A stretch of DNA of 64,000 bases from Dehalococcoidia bacterium (GCA_965116605.1 OZ220697.1:1617427-1681426); one strand, 5' to 3'; shown: positions 17,991 to 27,767, counted from the first letter of the stretch. Numbers and translations: made by a program. The notes: generated by a model not told the origin, from the letters alone.

Positions 17991-18707
17991 CTACCCGACC
18001 AGCTCGGTAGCCACCTCGGCCACTGCGACGAGGTCGTCTGATCGATCGGTTCCGACAAGCTCAACAGGTCGAGCACTCAGACGGGCGTGAGTTGAGAACC
18101 ACCAGGACGCTACCGCCCAGGGATCAGCCGCGCCCTCGAGCAACTCGTTCACCGTGCGCACCTCGTGAAAGATGCTGCGTCGCTGAGGATCGAACTGGAA
18201 TGCCGGATACACATAGCCTCGGCCCAGGGGCAGGCCGAGGAGCCACGAACGTTCGCGGAGCTGCCTGACCTTCTCGCGGTTCGTTTCTTTGGCTCCCAGT
18301 GCGACTGCGACATGCCTTGGCTGGAGCATTGGTTCACGCCAGATGGTGTGGATCGCCTCACCCTGCAGCCTAGCCTGTGCCATCACGGTTTGCCCGACCT
18401 CATCGAGTACTTGACGCGGAGTGCCTCCAAGCTGCCGGACGAGGTCACTCCTCTGTGCGAGCAATACCAGCCAGCTACGGAGCAGGGTCTCATCGCCTTC
18501 CAAGGCGTGATGCCGAGCTGCAATAGATGCCGCGGCATCCAGCAGATCCGATTCCGGTCCGACCCAAACGGCGGCAAGACGATCCAGTAACTCGGCTGTG
18601 CCGTGCCGCCGATGTGACACATGCCTCAGGAGCGCTTCCACAAGCTTCGCATCACCGTGATCGCGCTCAAGATCCCGTAGTTGCTCTTCGAGTCGGCTCG
18701 TCATCAT
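17991..18707 (-). CDS. Xre/MbcA/ParS-like antitoxin (DUF2384-type C-terminus)
   Basis: The C-terminal ...DPWAVASWWFSTHARLSARPVELVG resembles the W..pn..LgG..P..L toxin-binding tail of RES-partner antitoxins. It lies directly upstream of the RES gene. Confidence 0.6.
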   Translation of the reverse strand: MMTSRLEEQLRDLERDHGDAKLVEALLRHVSHRRHGTAELLDRLAAVWVGPESDLLDAAASIAARHHALEGDETLLRSWLVLLAQRSDLVRQLGGTPRQVLDEVGQTVMAQARLQGEAIHTIWREPMLQPRHVAVALGAKETNREKVRQLRERSWLLGLPLGRGYVYPAFQFDPQRRSIFHEVRTVNELLEGAADPWAVASWWFSTHARLSARPVELVGTDRSDDLVAVAEVATELVG

Positions 18708-18781
18708 GTTTCCTAGCCTGACAGTAGCATCATAATGTCATCACCAACACTAACGTCAGTAGGGGGTACTGGCCTACATTG

Positions 18782-19653
18782 CTAAGTTGGATTTCGCCGA
18801 CGGACTCTTCGACGCTGTCTGGGTTGACTGGCCGCAGCTCGGACGGCCTCAAGTTCGCGCTCCTCTACGCCCTCGATCAGAAAATCCACTTCCAGCGGCC
18901 ACTCAGCCAATCCTGCTGCCATCGCGGGAGTCGTGAGGTTGCCCAGACTGCCGTGGGGCTGGCAGAAGTTGTACCAGGTCATGTATTGGGCCATCGCGTA
19001 CCAGTGGTGCTGGATCTTCTTGGAGATCCCTTTCGTCAGCTGGGTGAATCTCCTCATGCTCATCCGCATGGTCAGGTTGTGCCGCTCCACGTAGCTAGTG
19101 CTGATCTGGGCCTCGTCGGGTGATCCTGTGACCGTCGCCTTGGTTAGCCCGTAAATTGGCTCAGGCGAATACTTCCGCTTGTCCTCTTCGATCTCCTAGA
19201 CCTCTCCCGTACAGCTTGACGATCTGGCCGTAGTCCACGCTCCGGCCGAACGTTGCCAGCACCGCCTCCGGGTAGACCCACAGTCCATCCGTGGAGAGCC
19301 GAGTCGGACCGGACAGCCTGCTGGCCAGATCACACATGAAGGTCACGTCGGCGTGACGGTTGCGCCCACCCACAACCCACGAGACGATCAGCCTCGATAG
19401 CGGTCCAGGCCCAGACGTCCCCCGCCCACTCCGGATCGCCCATGATGTACGGGACTGTCAGCCACTTCGAGTAGCAGAACGACCTGATCTCATCTCGTGG
19501 TACAGTCACGCCACCGTACCGGCGTGAACAAGGAGTCTCGACACGGTCGTCGGGCTGCATCCAACGACCCTGGAGGTCAATCTCATCGAGGCTCCCTCGA
19601 CGAGCATCAGGAGGATCTGCCTACGCTTCTCCTAGGGAAGGCGATTCACCCAT
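18782..19653 (-). pseudogene. IS1-family-like DDE transposase, multiply frameshifted
   Basis: Pieces occur in three frames. They are EKRRQILLMLVEGASMRLTSRVVGCSPTTVSRLL (HTH), LSTDGLWVYPEAVLATFGRSVDYGQIVKLY and VERHNLTMRMSMRRFTQLTKGISKKIQHH..YNFCQPHGSL..TPAMAAGL. IS ends were not identified. Confidence 0.65.
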
Positions 19654-19701
19654 GGATTCTATAGAACGGGTGTTTCCAGGACAAGTGGTTTCCGGCTGTA
19701 T

Positions 19702-19818
19702 TTAGGGCCGGATGCGCAGTTCCTCTTCCGTCAACTGGCCGGTGGCGATCTTCATGAGGGTGACGGCGCAGGCGTTTGCATCCCGCGGACGCTTCTGTCC
19801 TTTTGGTCCAGTGGGCAT
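19702..19818 (-). CDS. Small conserved-looking ORF (38 aa), unknown function
   Basis: MPTGPKGQKRPRDANACAVTLMKIATGQLTEEELRIRP. It starts 5 nt after the stop of the upstream ORF. It is below the track's length cut-off. From memory it resembles a widespread small protein often found next to TA-like genes. Confidence 0.35.
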   Translation of the reverse strand: MPTGPKGQKRPRDANACAVTLMKIATGQLTEEELRIRP

Positions 19819-19822
19819 CAGT

Positions 19823-20083
19823 TCACATGCTTCTCAAGGCCGCGTCGATCTCGTCGTCGGTAAAGCCCTTCTTGCTCAACTGGTTCACGACGTCTATCAA
19901 CTCCACTTGCCCATCGTAGTATCTGACAAGAATCGTATGCGTGGGCTTACCGCTCAGCCGGAAAACGTCAAAGTCCAAGCGTTTCTTCTTGGCCTCGTAG
20001 CCTAGCTCTGCCAACAGCCCTCGAACGAACTCCCGATCAGCCGGATACTGGAACACGCAGTTCCCCGTTGAGACTGTGCTCAC
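19823..20083 (-). CDS. Hypothetical protein (86 aa)
   Basis: An ORF with plausible composition in a same-strand run with the HicB-like gene. It overlaps that gene by 47 nt, so one of the two boundaries, or a frameshift, is uncertain. Confidence 0.35.
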   Translation of the reverse strand: MSTVSTGNCVFQYPADREFVRGLLAELGYEAKKKRLDFDVFRLSGKPTHTILVRYYDGQVELIDVVNQLSKKGFTDDEIDAALRSM

Positions 20084-20462
20084 GGCGGACGGGCTCAGCG
20101 GTCAGCTCGATGAGTTGGTGTAGCGTGCCCGGAGAGGCCTGAGCCAGACTCTCGAACAGGTCCTCGTACAGCCCCGGGCTGAAGGTCTGAATCTCAGGCT
20201 TCTCATTCAACTTGTACTTCACTCCATGGAAGTCGAAGTACTGCTTCATGGCCCCGACCGCGTCGGGATATTCGGAGAACGACTCCAACAGCACGCCTAC
20301 CGACTCGTCCAGATTGGCCACCGCTTCCTTCTCACTGTCCCCATAGGCCACGATCCCCAGATCGCTAGCCACTACAGCCCAGTACTCGCGCTGACCGGCT
20401 CGCTGCTGAATCTCAAGGTCGAGCTTCAGATCGACCTTGTACGCATGACACTCCATCGTCAT
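20037..20462 (-). CDS. HicB-like (UPF0150-type) antitoxin-fold protein
   Basis: The N-terminal EYWAVVASDLGIVAYGDSEKEAVANLDESVGVLLE fits the HicB/UPF0150 pattern (Y.A...dlpG....G.T.eEA..n..eal...le). Confidence 0.45.
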   Translation of the reverse strand: MTMECHAYKVDLKLDLEIQQRAGQREYWAVVASDLGIVAYGDSEKEAVANLDESVGVLLESFSEYPDAVGAMKQYFDFHGVKYKLNEKPEIQTFSPGLYEDLFESLAQASPGTLHQLIELTAEPVRREHSLNGELRVPVSG

Positions 20463-21062
20463 CTCGCCCTCCTCTCACCCTTGACGTCAGGCGGACGCTT
20501 CCTCTGATCTACCGTCATGGTACCACCCATGAGGCTCTGTCCGAGGATGGCAATCCCACCCTGGTAACGCCGCTGAAGGTGACAGGCGCGCTGGGGCTGC
20601 GTCTGCGCCTTGAGGCCGTCGACGAGCCGGAAGGCGTCCTGCAGCGGGGGTCTGAGGCTGCAGGAGTCCCGTCCTAGAGCTTGCGGTCGAGGCAAGCCAA
20701 TTCCGCTACAGGTCGCCAAGGAGAGTTGAGGATTCGCATCGGCCTTGAGCGGCAGGATGACGCATAAGGCTGGTGCTCGACGGCTGGTCAGAGAGGAAAA
20801 CCGCATACGTCTCTGGCCCGCCGCTATGCTGTTCAATACCTTGAGCCTTGCTTGTCGTTGTCCTGAGGGATGTCACTCTTTCGGAGAAGTCCGTCGCATA
20901 CGTTTCCTTAAGTGACTATGCAGGTCACCACTCCGCCCTAGAGAATCTCACCCCGGTGTCTTTGAGGCGCAGGTGGCCATTGATGCCTGGCGGGCTTTAG
21001 CGTCGAGTCGGAGTACCTTAAGTCGCTCGAAAGTCGCGGGTGTAACTTGAGAGGAGAGGGGA

Positions 21063-21602
21063 TTGAACACTCGGGTGGTGGAACGAAGTGTTCTGTATTA
21101 CACGAACAGGGAGCGGAGCAAGCGAGGTCTGAGGAAGCTCAGCGGCCACCGGTCGCTCAAGCGGGCGGCCCGCCATCACAGCCGGTGGATGTCGAGGAGT
21201 TCGAGGTATTCCCATAGCGGAGTTCATGGAAGTAGACCGTGGGAGAGAGCGAAGTGGGCAGGCTATCCGAGCCAGCGTGTAGGGGAGAACATCTGGACGG
21301 TGAGCTCCGGCTCTGGCGGCACCTGGCGGAGCAGGTTCAAGTGGAGATCGGACTGGCAGCTGGGGAAGGCGGCGGTTATAAGTTGGATGAACAGCAAGGG
21401 ACACAGGAGAAACTTGCTAAATCCCGATTGGAACCATCTGGGAGTTGGGGTGGCGAGGAACAGGAGTGGGCGGGTGTATCTGACCCAGAACTTCGGCGGA
21501 GCCACTGTCCTCGACTCTCCGCTGATGAAGCCCGTCGTGTGGCTGGCGGGTCTTGGGCTTATGTTCCTGATGAGCGGGGGGCTCTGTTGGGCCGTCCGCT
21601 AG
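21063..21602 (+). CDS. CAP/SCP/PR1-like domain protein with C-terminal TM helix
   Basis: YTNRERSKRGLRKLSGHRSLKRAARHHSRWM...GENIW...SWMNSKGHRRNLLNPDWNHLGVGV...YLTQNFG follows the CAP-domain order. The tail VVWLAGLGLMFLMSGGLCWAV is hydrophobic. Confidence 0.7.
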   Translation: MNTRVVERSVLYYTNRERSKRGLRKLSGHRSLKRAARHHSRWMSRSSRYSHSGVHGSRPWERAKWAGYPSQRVGENIWTVSSGSGGTWRSRFKWRSDWQLGKAAVISWMNSKGHRRNLLNPDWNHLGVGVARNRSGRVYLTQNFGGATVLDSPLMKPVVWLAGLGLMFLMSGGLCWAVR

Positions 21603-21716
21603 CGGCATCTGAAACCAGTTCACTGAGAAACGGCCTGTAACAGGGCGGGACGACGTCGGATGTTGTCAATCGATCCAGTTCCATCCGGCTAAGGGATGGC
21701 CTCCCGCAGATCAGGA

Positions 21717-23996
21717 TCAGGGCGTCACCTCGTACTCCACCTCCGCGACTTTGCGGTCACCCGAGTACACGTAGACGAGATAACGTCCGGGCGCCCACTT
21801 TAGTGGAGGTGATTGCCCCACGGAAAACCAGGCGGTTCCCCCGGTGTACCCGGCCTCTGCACCAAGCGAATAGCTTCTGCGGCTGAACTCAAACCCGTCC
21901 TCGAAGTACTCCACTATCTCCACCGGGACCTCTTGCTTGCCACTCGACAGGGAGTATGAGTACTCCAACGTCAGGTATACCCAGTCATCGATGTCCTCCG
22001 CCGAAAAGACGGAAACGGCTGGGCCACCAGTGCTCGTATTGACAAAGGCCTGCTCGATGCGACCGTCGATGCCGCTGAGGCGCGGATCGACGGCGCTGGG
22101 ATCGAGTCGAGTCGGGTTAAAGGATACCGTTCCCGCATACCATCGGGCGATGATCGAGTTCACCCTACCGTCGTCCGAGCCAAATGCCCTCCTAACGTCG
22201 TCGATGCCAACCGATGTCCCTCGAATGTCATCTGCATCGTCCTCGATCGCCGACGTTGCATAAAGCTCGCGGAACCCCTGACGAAAACGGTCGTCTCCCA
22301 ATACGCGATACAGATCCACGAACAGGCGCTCCCCCAGCGAATAATTGCATTCGAATTCAAGATCGCCTCTGGAGACCCTAAGGGTCTCCAGCTCGGCGAT
22401 GCTGCGGGCATATCCACAGGGAGCATGGATGATGCCTATTGGCTGTCCGGTTCGCATGCCGTCAATCGCAGACGCCATGAATTCCGCCGCGCCCTCGTCC
22501 ACCCAATCCGCATTGCCGCTCCAGTAATAGTGCGCCACTTCATGTGCCTTGCTACGGCCCGCGAACGATGCTTCATTACTGCCGTCGTCGACGTCGAATT
22601 CTGGACGGATGGCGATGTGGGTGCCAGAGTTTGCCCCCACGTTAGAGCCGTGGACCGCGTTCTCGTACAGCAGGACGACGTGTCCAGTCGGAAAAGGCAC
22701 CCCCATGAACTCCTCCGCACCACGGACAGAGAGCTCCAACAGGTCCATTGATCTCGCGGCGCCTTGAGCCGTTCGGACGATGTCAAGGATGACATCGCCC
22801 GAAAGCTGCAGCCTGATGATGCGCCGCTCCAAGAAAACTCTCGATGGATCAAGCAGCGCGCGGATCAGTTCAGGGTTCGTTTGAGCAACGCCTTTCAGTG
22901 TCGCCACTATTGGGACCATGTCGTCCGTTATGCCATCTCGAACCGCCGGGTGGGACACCACACCTTCGCACTCCCTCGGTCTGAAGGAACAGAGATCCGA
23001 AAGTGCTCTTACGGCCGACAGGTCGGGCGGCTCCACTGACTCAAGAAACGGCATGTCGACTATCTTCATGGCATGCACTAGATGTCCGTTGGAGAGATAG
23101 GAAAGCTCTTCGATCAACTGGCTCTCCAAGCCTGTGATCCCGTCGCCTACCCAGCTGAGCCCGACAACCGATGCAGCGATACTCGGACTGGCGAAATTGC
23201 TTATCCACCTGATGGTGTCCGCCTCCAGAGAGCCGATGTCGTCCTGCATCCAGTCGAGAGAAACAAGGGACTTTGAAGTTGCAAAGTCTTTATTGGCGAT
23301 GTAGGACAGGTATTCGATGGCCTTGACCTCTGTCTCGTCGATGCCGTCACCTAGCCAATCCAGGGAAACGACTGCTGATGCGACACCCGCACGCCTTGTA
23401 TTGCTCAGCCAGCTAATCGCCTCGGCTTCGACATCGTTGACACCGTCCTCTACCCAGCGGAGCGCAACGAGCGACGAAGCAACCGAGCGGCTTGTCGCTG
23501 CGATGTAGATCAAGCCTTGGATAGCTTTGGACTCGGTTCCGTCGACACCGTCTTTTGTCCATTCCAGTTCTTTGATAGAGGATGCCAGCCGGCCGTCTTG
23601 CTGCTCCAGCCAACGGCCGTTCGTGAATCCACTGAGAGAGAACGAAACTGTAGTTGCCGTTCCCGCATGTTGGTCTTGGTTGCCAGACTGGAGGAATATC
23701 AGTGAAAGCACGGTAGCTATCCCTACAGCGACGAGAAGACCGGGCAGAGAGAAAATCTTCTTGGCCCACCCTCCCGTGCCTACGAGAGCTGCCGAGCACT
23801 TCTCGCAGATCCGGCCGCCCTCAGAGACAGCGAAGTCGATAACGAGTGCAGGGGCCTCTCGCTCTTGTCGACTACGGCCGCTCCCAAGAACCTTTAGGGG
23901 ACCGCCTAACCGAAGACCGCATAGCGTGGCGAGAGATCGTTCGTCTGCGTAGTGATAGGTGGCTGATTTTGGGCTCAAATTGCGAAGCCCTGACAT
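21717..23996 (-). CDS. Membrane-anchored zinc metalloprotease (HExxH..E gluzincin-like) with tandem ~35-aa helical repeats
   Basis: AHEVAHYYWSGNADWVDEGAAEFMA carries HExxH plus a downstream Glu. One TM segment is LPGLLVAVGIATVLSLIFL. Repeats of the type VSLDWLGDGIDETEVKAIEYLSYI are present. Confidence 0.65.
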   Translation of the reverse strand: MSGLRNLSPKSATYHYADERSLATLCGLRLGGPLKVLGSGRSRQEREAPALVIDFAVSEGGRICEKCSAALVGTGGWAKKIFSLPGLLVAVGIATVLSLIFLQSGNQDQHAGTATTVSFSLSGFTNGRWLEQQDGRLASSIKELEWTKDGVDGTESKAIQGLIYIAATSRSVASSLVALRWVEDGVNDVEAEAISWLSNTRRAGVASAVVSLDWLGDGIDETEVKAIEYLSYIANKDFATSKSLVSLDWMQDDIGSLEADTIRWISNFASPSIAASVVGLSWVGDGITGLESQLIEELSYLSNGHLVHAMKIVDMPFLESVEPPDLSAVRALSDLCSFRPRECEGVVSHPAVRDGITDDMVPIVATLKGVAQTNPELIRALLDPSRVFLERRIIRLQLSGDVILDIVRTAQGAARSMDLLELSVRGAEEFMGVPFPTGHVVLLYENAVHGSNVGANSGTHIAIRPEFDVDDGSNEASFAGRSKAHEVAHYYWSGNADWVDEGAAEFMASAIDGMRTGQPIGIIHAPCGYARSIAELETLRVSRGDLEFECNYSLGERLFVDLYRVLGDDRFRQGFRELYATSAIEDDADDIRGTSVGIDDVRRAFGSDDGRVNSIIARWYAGTVSFNPTRLDPSAVDPRLSGIDGRIEQAFVNTSTGGPAVSVFSAEDIDDWVYLTLEYSYSLSSGKQEVPVEIVEYFEDGFEFSRRSYSLGAEAGYTGGTAWFSVGQSPPLKWAPGRYLVYVYSGDRKVAEVEYEVTP

Positions 23997-24376
23997 TCGA
24001 TGAGGCGGTTTTCAGCAGCCATATACGACCGTCAATTGGCGTGATCCAGGGAGGGATGCGGCATAGCCAAAGCTGTAACTGCACGGATGATCATAACGGG
24101 TCACCGCCGTGAAGGGAGATGGAGCGTCAACGAGTCCGGTTTGCCCAGCTGGTGCAGCAGATAAGGACTGTCCGGGCGATTCGTGACACCGATATCGGGC
24201 CAGATATGTTGAGTGGGCTCGAAGGCGCTGTCCCTTCGCCCTCCGATGGACGAACGTCCCTGTGACCTCCCGATCTCGTTGTTGTTGGGAACTCGCCCAA
24301 TCGGCCCGTTCGGCCACGGGCTCGCTCTGCCCAACCCCAACCTGCGCTGTCGCCTGAGGAGCAGGGAGCGACTGGG

Positions 24377-24898
24377 CTAGTTCGGTGAACCTCTCGTCAG
24401 GCTGGAGTTGACCCGTTCCGGCCAGTCTAGGCGCAGGTCGATAGTCAGCTCTTCAACCGTCACCGAATCAAGGTACCCAACAACCCTCTACAACTCGGCC
24501 GGAACCTCATCCAGCACCAGCCTGAAGCTGCCCCGATCAAGGAAATCCTGCATGGTGGTCTCGAAAGAGTCGTCATCGACCGCTCCCTCCTCATCCTGGG
24601 CCTTTACCGCCTCCAGGATGGAGCCTTGACCGATGTTCTGAAGGGAACGGCGAAGGGGACCCTGCTCGAGGGTTCTGACGGTGTGCCCCTGGAGGAAAGC
24701 CGCGTAGGCTAGGAGTTGCGAGACAATATCACTCCGGGCCTGAGGGTTGCTGGCGAGCCTGACCTCGATCACCGCGGGGCGACCGGAGGGCTCGATTGCC
24801 AGGATGTCCGCGTAGAGCCCGTGCCCAACTGGACCTCTGAGCCATGGGAGCCAGTGGGAGGTCGCTGAAGTGACTGGAGCTGGAATCGCAGCTCGCAT
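24377..24898 (-). pseudogene. NucS/DUF91-like nuclease paralog 3, N-terminally short with in-frame TAG at 24488-24490
   Basis: GLYADILAIEPSGRPAVIEVRLASNPQARSDIVSQLLAYAAF is the same motif block as paralogs 1 and 2. After ..VLDEVPAEL a TAG is followed in frame by RVVGYLDSVTVEELTIDL.., which looks like a continuation. Confidence 0.5.
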
Positions 24899-25220
24899 CC
24901 GGACCGGTCAGCCGCTCATCCTCTGTCCTCATTCTCCAACACGCGGACTGGGCAAGAGGCCATGACCGGGACGTCTGACGTCGCAGGTGAAGCTCAGTCG
25001 GTGGTGCCGGGCAGGATGCCTGGACGACCTCATGAGAGGGCGCGCACGTGTGCCCGCCCCTACAGGCTCCGCCGATACGGAGGAGTGACCTCGCAGTGGG
25101 CGGTCTATAGGGGCAAGGGCTATGTAGTGCAGTGGGGCAATTGATTCACTTCGTAGTTTGAGCAGGCGGTAAAGCACCCTACGCAGAGGAAGAAGTGACC
25201 ACTATACTGCGGCGTGCGAG

Positions 25221-25709
25221 TTACCGACCATCATCGTTCTCCGCAGCCCTCCTCTTCTTCTCCTGGTAGGCGTAGATGGCTATTGGCCCGCCCGAAGCGG
25301 CCCCGGCAACAAAGAAAAGTTGACCGAAAACGTCGTTGTTGAGTAACTGCGACAGCTGACTGTTCGTTGCTTGGCCTTCTGGCGACTGCTCTAGCAAGAT
25401 CATGATTATCACTATGACAAGGTAGGGTACGAACCCGGCTACCGCTCCAATGACCATTCCCAAAACAGCGACAAGAACCACCATTCGGTATGACCAAGCG
25501 AAAACAACAATGGGGATCCCCACAGCGAAAACTACAAGTAATGCAATCAGAGTGCTCAGATTGGTGTCCTGAAGCGACCACCATAACTCCATCGCTGCGT
25601 AGACAAGCGCGAGGACAATACCTAAGCCGAATGCAACAAGTGCAACACGAGGTAACCAATTCTTCGACCACTTGACCACAACTTGGACTAGTCGCCCGAA
25701 ATCAGGCAT
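25221..25709 (-). CDS. Polytopic membrane protein, unknown function
   Basis: 162 aa with four to five hydrophobic stretches (LVAFGLGIVLALVYAAM, LIALLVVFAVGIPIVVFAW, VVLVAVLGMVIGAVAGFVPYLVIVIIMILL, LFFVAGAASGGPIAIYA). Confidence 0.55.
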   Translation of the reverse strand: MPDFGRLVQVVVKWSKNWLPRVALVAFGLGIVLALVYAAMELWWSLQDTNLSTLIALLVVFAVGIPIVVFAWSYRMVVLVAVLGMVIGAVAGFVPYLVIVIIMILLEQSPEGQATNSQLSQLLNNDVFGQLFFVAGAASGGPIAIYAYQEKKRRAAENDDGR

Positions 25710-25871
25710 ATCGCCTCGTCCTCAACTCATTGCGTGATATAGCGATCTTCTCATAAGGCCGGTCAGTTTGAGACCGGTCCTGGGAACAGGGAACAGAGCA
25801 ACCGCAATTGAATTGCAATGTCCGTATCCTCCCTGCGAATGTAGAAAGTCGATGCACTAGGGACGCACGCG

Positions 25872-27244
25872 GGTCACGTCCCGTCAAATGGTGTATTAAG
25901 GCGTCATCCTGTTGATGTCGTTTACGCAGCAGTTGGCTGTGGAAGCATCGCCTGAGGCGATGCTTCCAGTTCCTGATCAATGCCCGGAGATGTAAGCGTC
26001 AGGTAGCGGCGCCCGATAGCCCACTCGTCGTGCTGCTCAGCCAGCACCGCTCCCACCAGCCGGCGCGCAGCAGGCCGGTTCGGGAAGATACCGACCACAT
26101 CCGTCCGTCTGCGGATCTCCTTGTTGAGCCGTTCCAGCGGGTTGTTCGACCAGATCTGCCTCCAGTGAGGCACCGGGAACGCCGTGAAGGCCAGGACGTC
26201 AGGACCCGCCTCGGACAGCATCGAGGCGGCCTGCGGGAACCGGTCCTCGAGTTGGTCGATCACCCTGTGCAGTTGAGCATGCACCTCCTCGGCCGACGGC
26301 TGCTGGTAGACGGTGCGCACCATCGTCGCCACCGCAGGCTGCGCACGCCTGGGCACACGCGTCAGCAGGTTGGTCATGAAGTGCGTGCGGCAGCGCTGCC
26401 AGCTCGCTCCCGCGAAGACCGACGCGATCGCATCCCTCAGACCGCGGTGAGCATCGGATACCACCAGCTCCACACCATCCAGGCCACGGTCGGCCACCGA
26501 GCGCAGAAACGCCAGCCAGAAGGCACCGTCCTCACTGGTGCCCACGTCCATGCCGACGATCTCGCGCTTGCCCTCGCCGTTGACCGCCGTCGCCACCACC
26601 ACGCTCACGTTCACTATCCTGCCCGACTCCCTCACCTTCTGCGTCAGCGCATCAAGCCATACGTACCGGTAAGGACCTCCGTCCAGCGGCCTGCGCAGGA
26701 AGCTGTCGACCACCTCGTCGAGCTCTGAGCAGATACGTGAGACCTGGCTCTTGGAGATGCCCTCGCATCCCAACGCCTTCACCAGGTCGTCCACCCGCCT
26801 CGTCGACACACCCTCCACGTATGCCTGCTGAATGACGCCCAGCAGGGCTCGCTCGCTGCGTCTTCGCGGCTCCAGCAGGCTCGGGAAGTAGCTCCCCTCC
26901 CTCAGCCTGGGGATCCGAAGGTCCATCGTCCCCACGCGTGTGTCCCACTGCCTGGACCTGTAACCGTTGCGCTGGGTCACACGCTCCGTGCTGCGCTCCC
27001 TGTAGCCCGCACCGGTCCTTGCGGACACCTCGGCATCCATGATCCCTTCCACCAGGACCACCAGCGCCTCGCGCAGGAAATCCACGTCTCCGTCCGCACC
27101 ACGCTTGCGCAATATCCCCAGCAAGTCCATCCTTTCCTTGACCACCGTCGCCCTCCTTGAGTTTTGTTGTTAGTCCTCTAAGGATGACGCGGTGGTCTCT
27201 CTTTATGTAGATCCTCCTAATACACCACGTGCTGGGACGTTACT
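25872..27244 (-). mobile_element. IS256-family insertion sequence, copy 2 (intron-less, no target duplication)
   Basis: It has the same terminal inverted repeats as copy 1 and is 1373 bp. The 8-bp flanks differ (CGCACGCG versus CGTCAAGG). Confidence 0.9.
25922..27145 (-). CDS. IS256-family (Mutator-type) transposase, intact
   Basis: 407 aa, MVKERMDLLGILRKRG..., collinear with copy 1. The DDE-type strings are as listed for copy 1. The true start may be ATG 27130 (MDLLG). Confidence 0.92.
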   Translation of the reverse strand: MVKERMDLLGILRKRGADGDVDFLREALVVLVEGIMDAEVSARTGAGYRERSTERVTQRNGYRSRQWDTRVGTMDLRIPRLREGSYFPSLLEPRRRSERALLGVIQQAYVEGVSTRRVDDLVKALGCEGISKSQVSRICSELDEVVDSFLRRPLDGGPYRYVWLDALTQKVRESGRIVNVSVVVATAVNGEGKREIVGMDVGTSEDGAFWLAFLRSVADRGLDGVELVVSDAHRGLRDAIASVFAGASWQRCRTHFMTNLLTRVPRRAQPAVATMVRTVYQQPSAEEVHAQLHRVIDQLEDRFPQAASMLSEAGPDVLAFTAFPVPHWRQIWSNNPLERLNKEIRRRTDVVGIFPNRPAARRLVGAVLAEQHDEWAIGRRYLTLTSPGIDQELEASPQAMLPQPTAA

Positions 27245-27245
27245 C

Positions 27246-27704
27246 GTCAAGGGTTGGCCCCACAGTTTGCGAAGGACTTTATGGTGCCATGCGATCTTGA
27301 ACCCGAAGGTCCACCCGCTGAATGTAATTTGTGCCAAGGATACGGGTGAGCCGAAGCGCCCACTGAACGAGAAGGAGCGCAGCGAAGTCACGACCATTGT
27401 CAGTGCATCGCCATGGCGTTTGAGGCCGCAGGAAGTCCGAGAAGTAATTGACCGTACCGAAAAACCGCCATGGGAGTTAGGGATGGGTTAGCCATTGAGC
27501 GGCAAACTCGGCATCGAGCCGCCTTAACCGCCTAGCCTAGTCGATTCTCTGCCGCCAGTACTCGGTTCGCCACCAGCAGCAGGTCCGCTGAGTAAGGCCT
27601 ACTTGGCGGTAGGCCATGGCGGCCGTAAGGCCGTCCGCTATCGCCGCCCTGGCCTACCGTAACTTGTTTATCACCTGCTCAGGACTGTGCTTGCGTCTCG
27701 CCAT
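27246..27704 (-). pseudogene. IS3-family element remnant (orfA with two in-frame TAGs, cut by IS256 copy 2)
   Basis: From ATG 27704: MARRKHSPEQVINKLR*ARAAIADGLTAAMAYRQVGLTQRTCCWWRTEYWRQRID*ARRLRRLDAEFAAQ. This follows the IS3/IS407-type OrfA pattern (..PEQIi.kLReAe..la.G.tv.e.cRqlGis.qTyYrWRkeYgG...dqakRLkeLe.EN). The TAGs are at 27654-27656 and 27537-27539. Confidence 0.6.
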
Positions 27705-27767
27705 CTGTACCCCTTTCCCTGGTCCAACGTACTAACATTCGCGTTGGACCAGAATTCGGAGGGCAGG

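Noticed and set aside
20459-20836. The 125-aa ORF downstream of the HicB-like gene, and the similar short ORFs in 40.7-42.0 kb, 58.8-59.6 kb and 60.8-61.4 kb.
   Set aside because: They lack recognisable motifs, ribosome-binding sites and coupling to neighbours. Their composition looks non-coding.
14933-27244. The two directly oriented IS256 copies form a composite transposon carrying the 8.9-kb RES/Xre-protease block.
   Set aside because: Copy 1 has its own matching 8-bp duplication, which indicates an independent insertion. The outer flanks of the pair (CCGGAGGA on the left, CGTCAAGG on the right) do not match, and copy 2 has no duplication at all.
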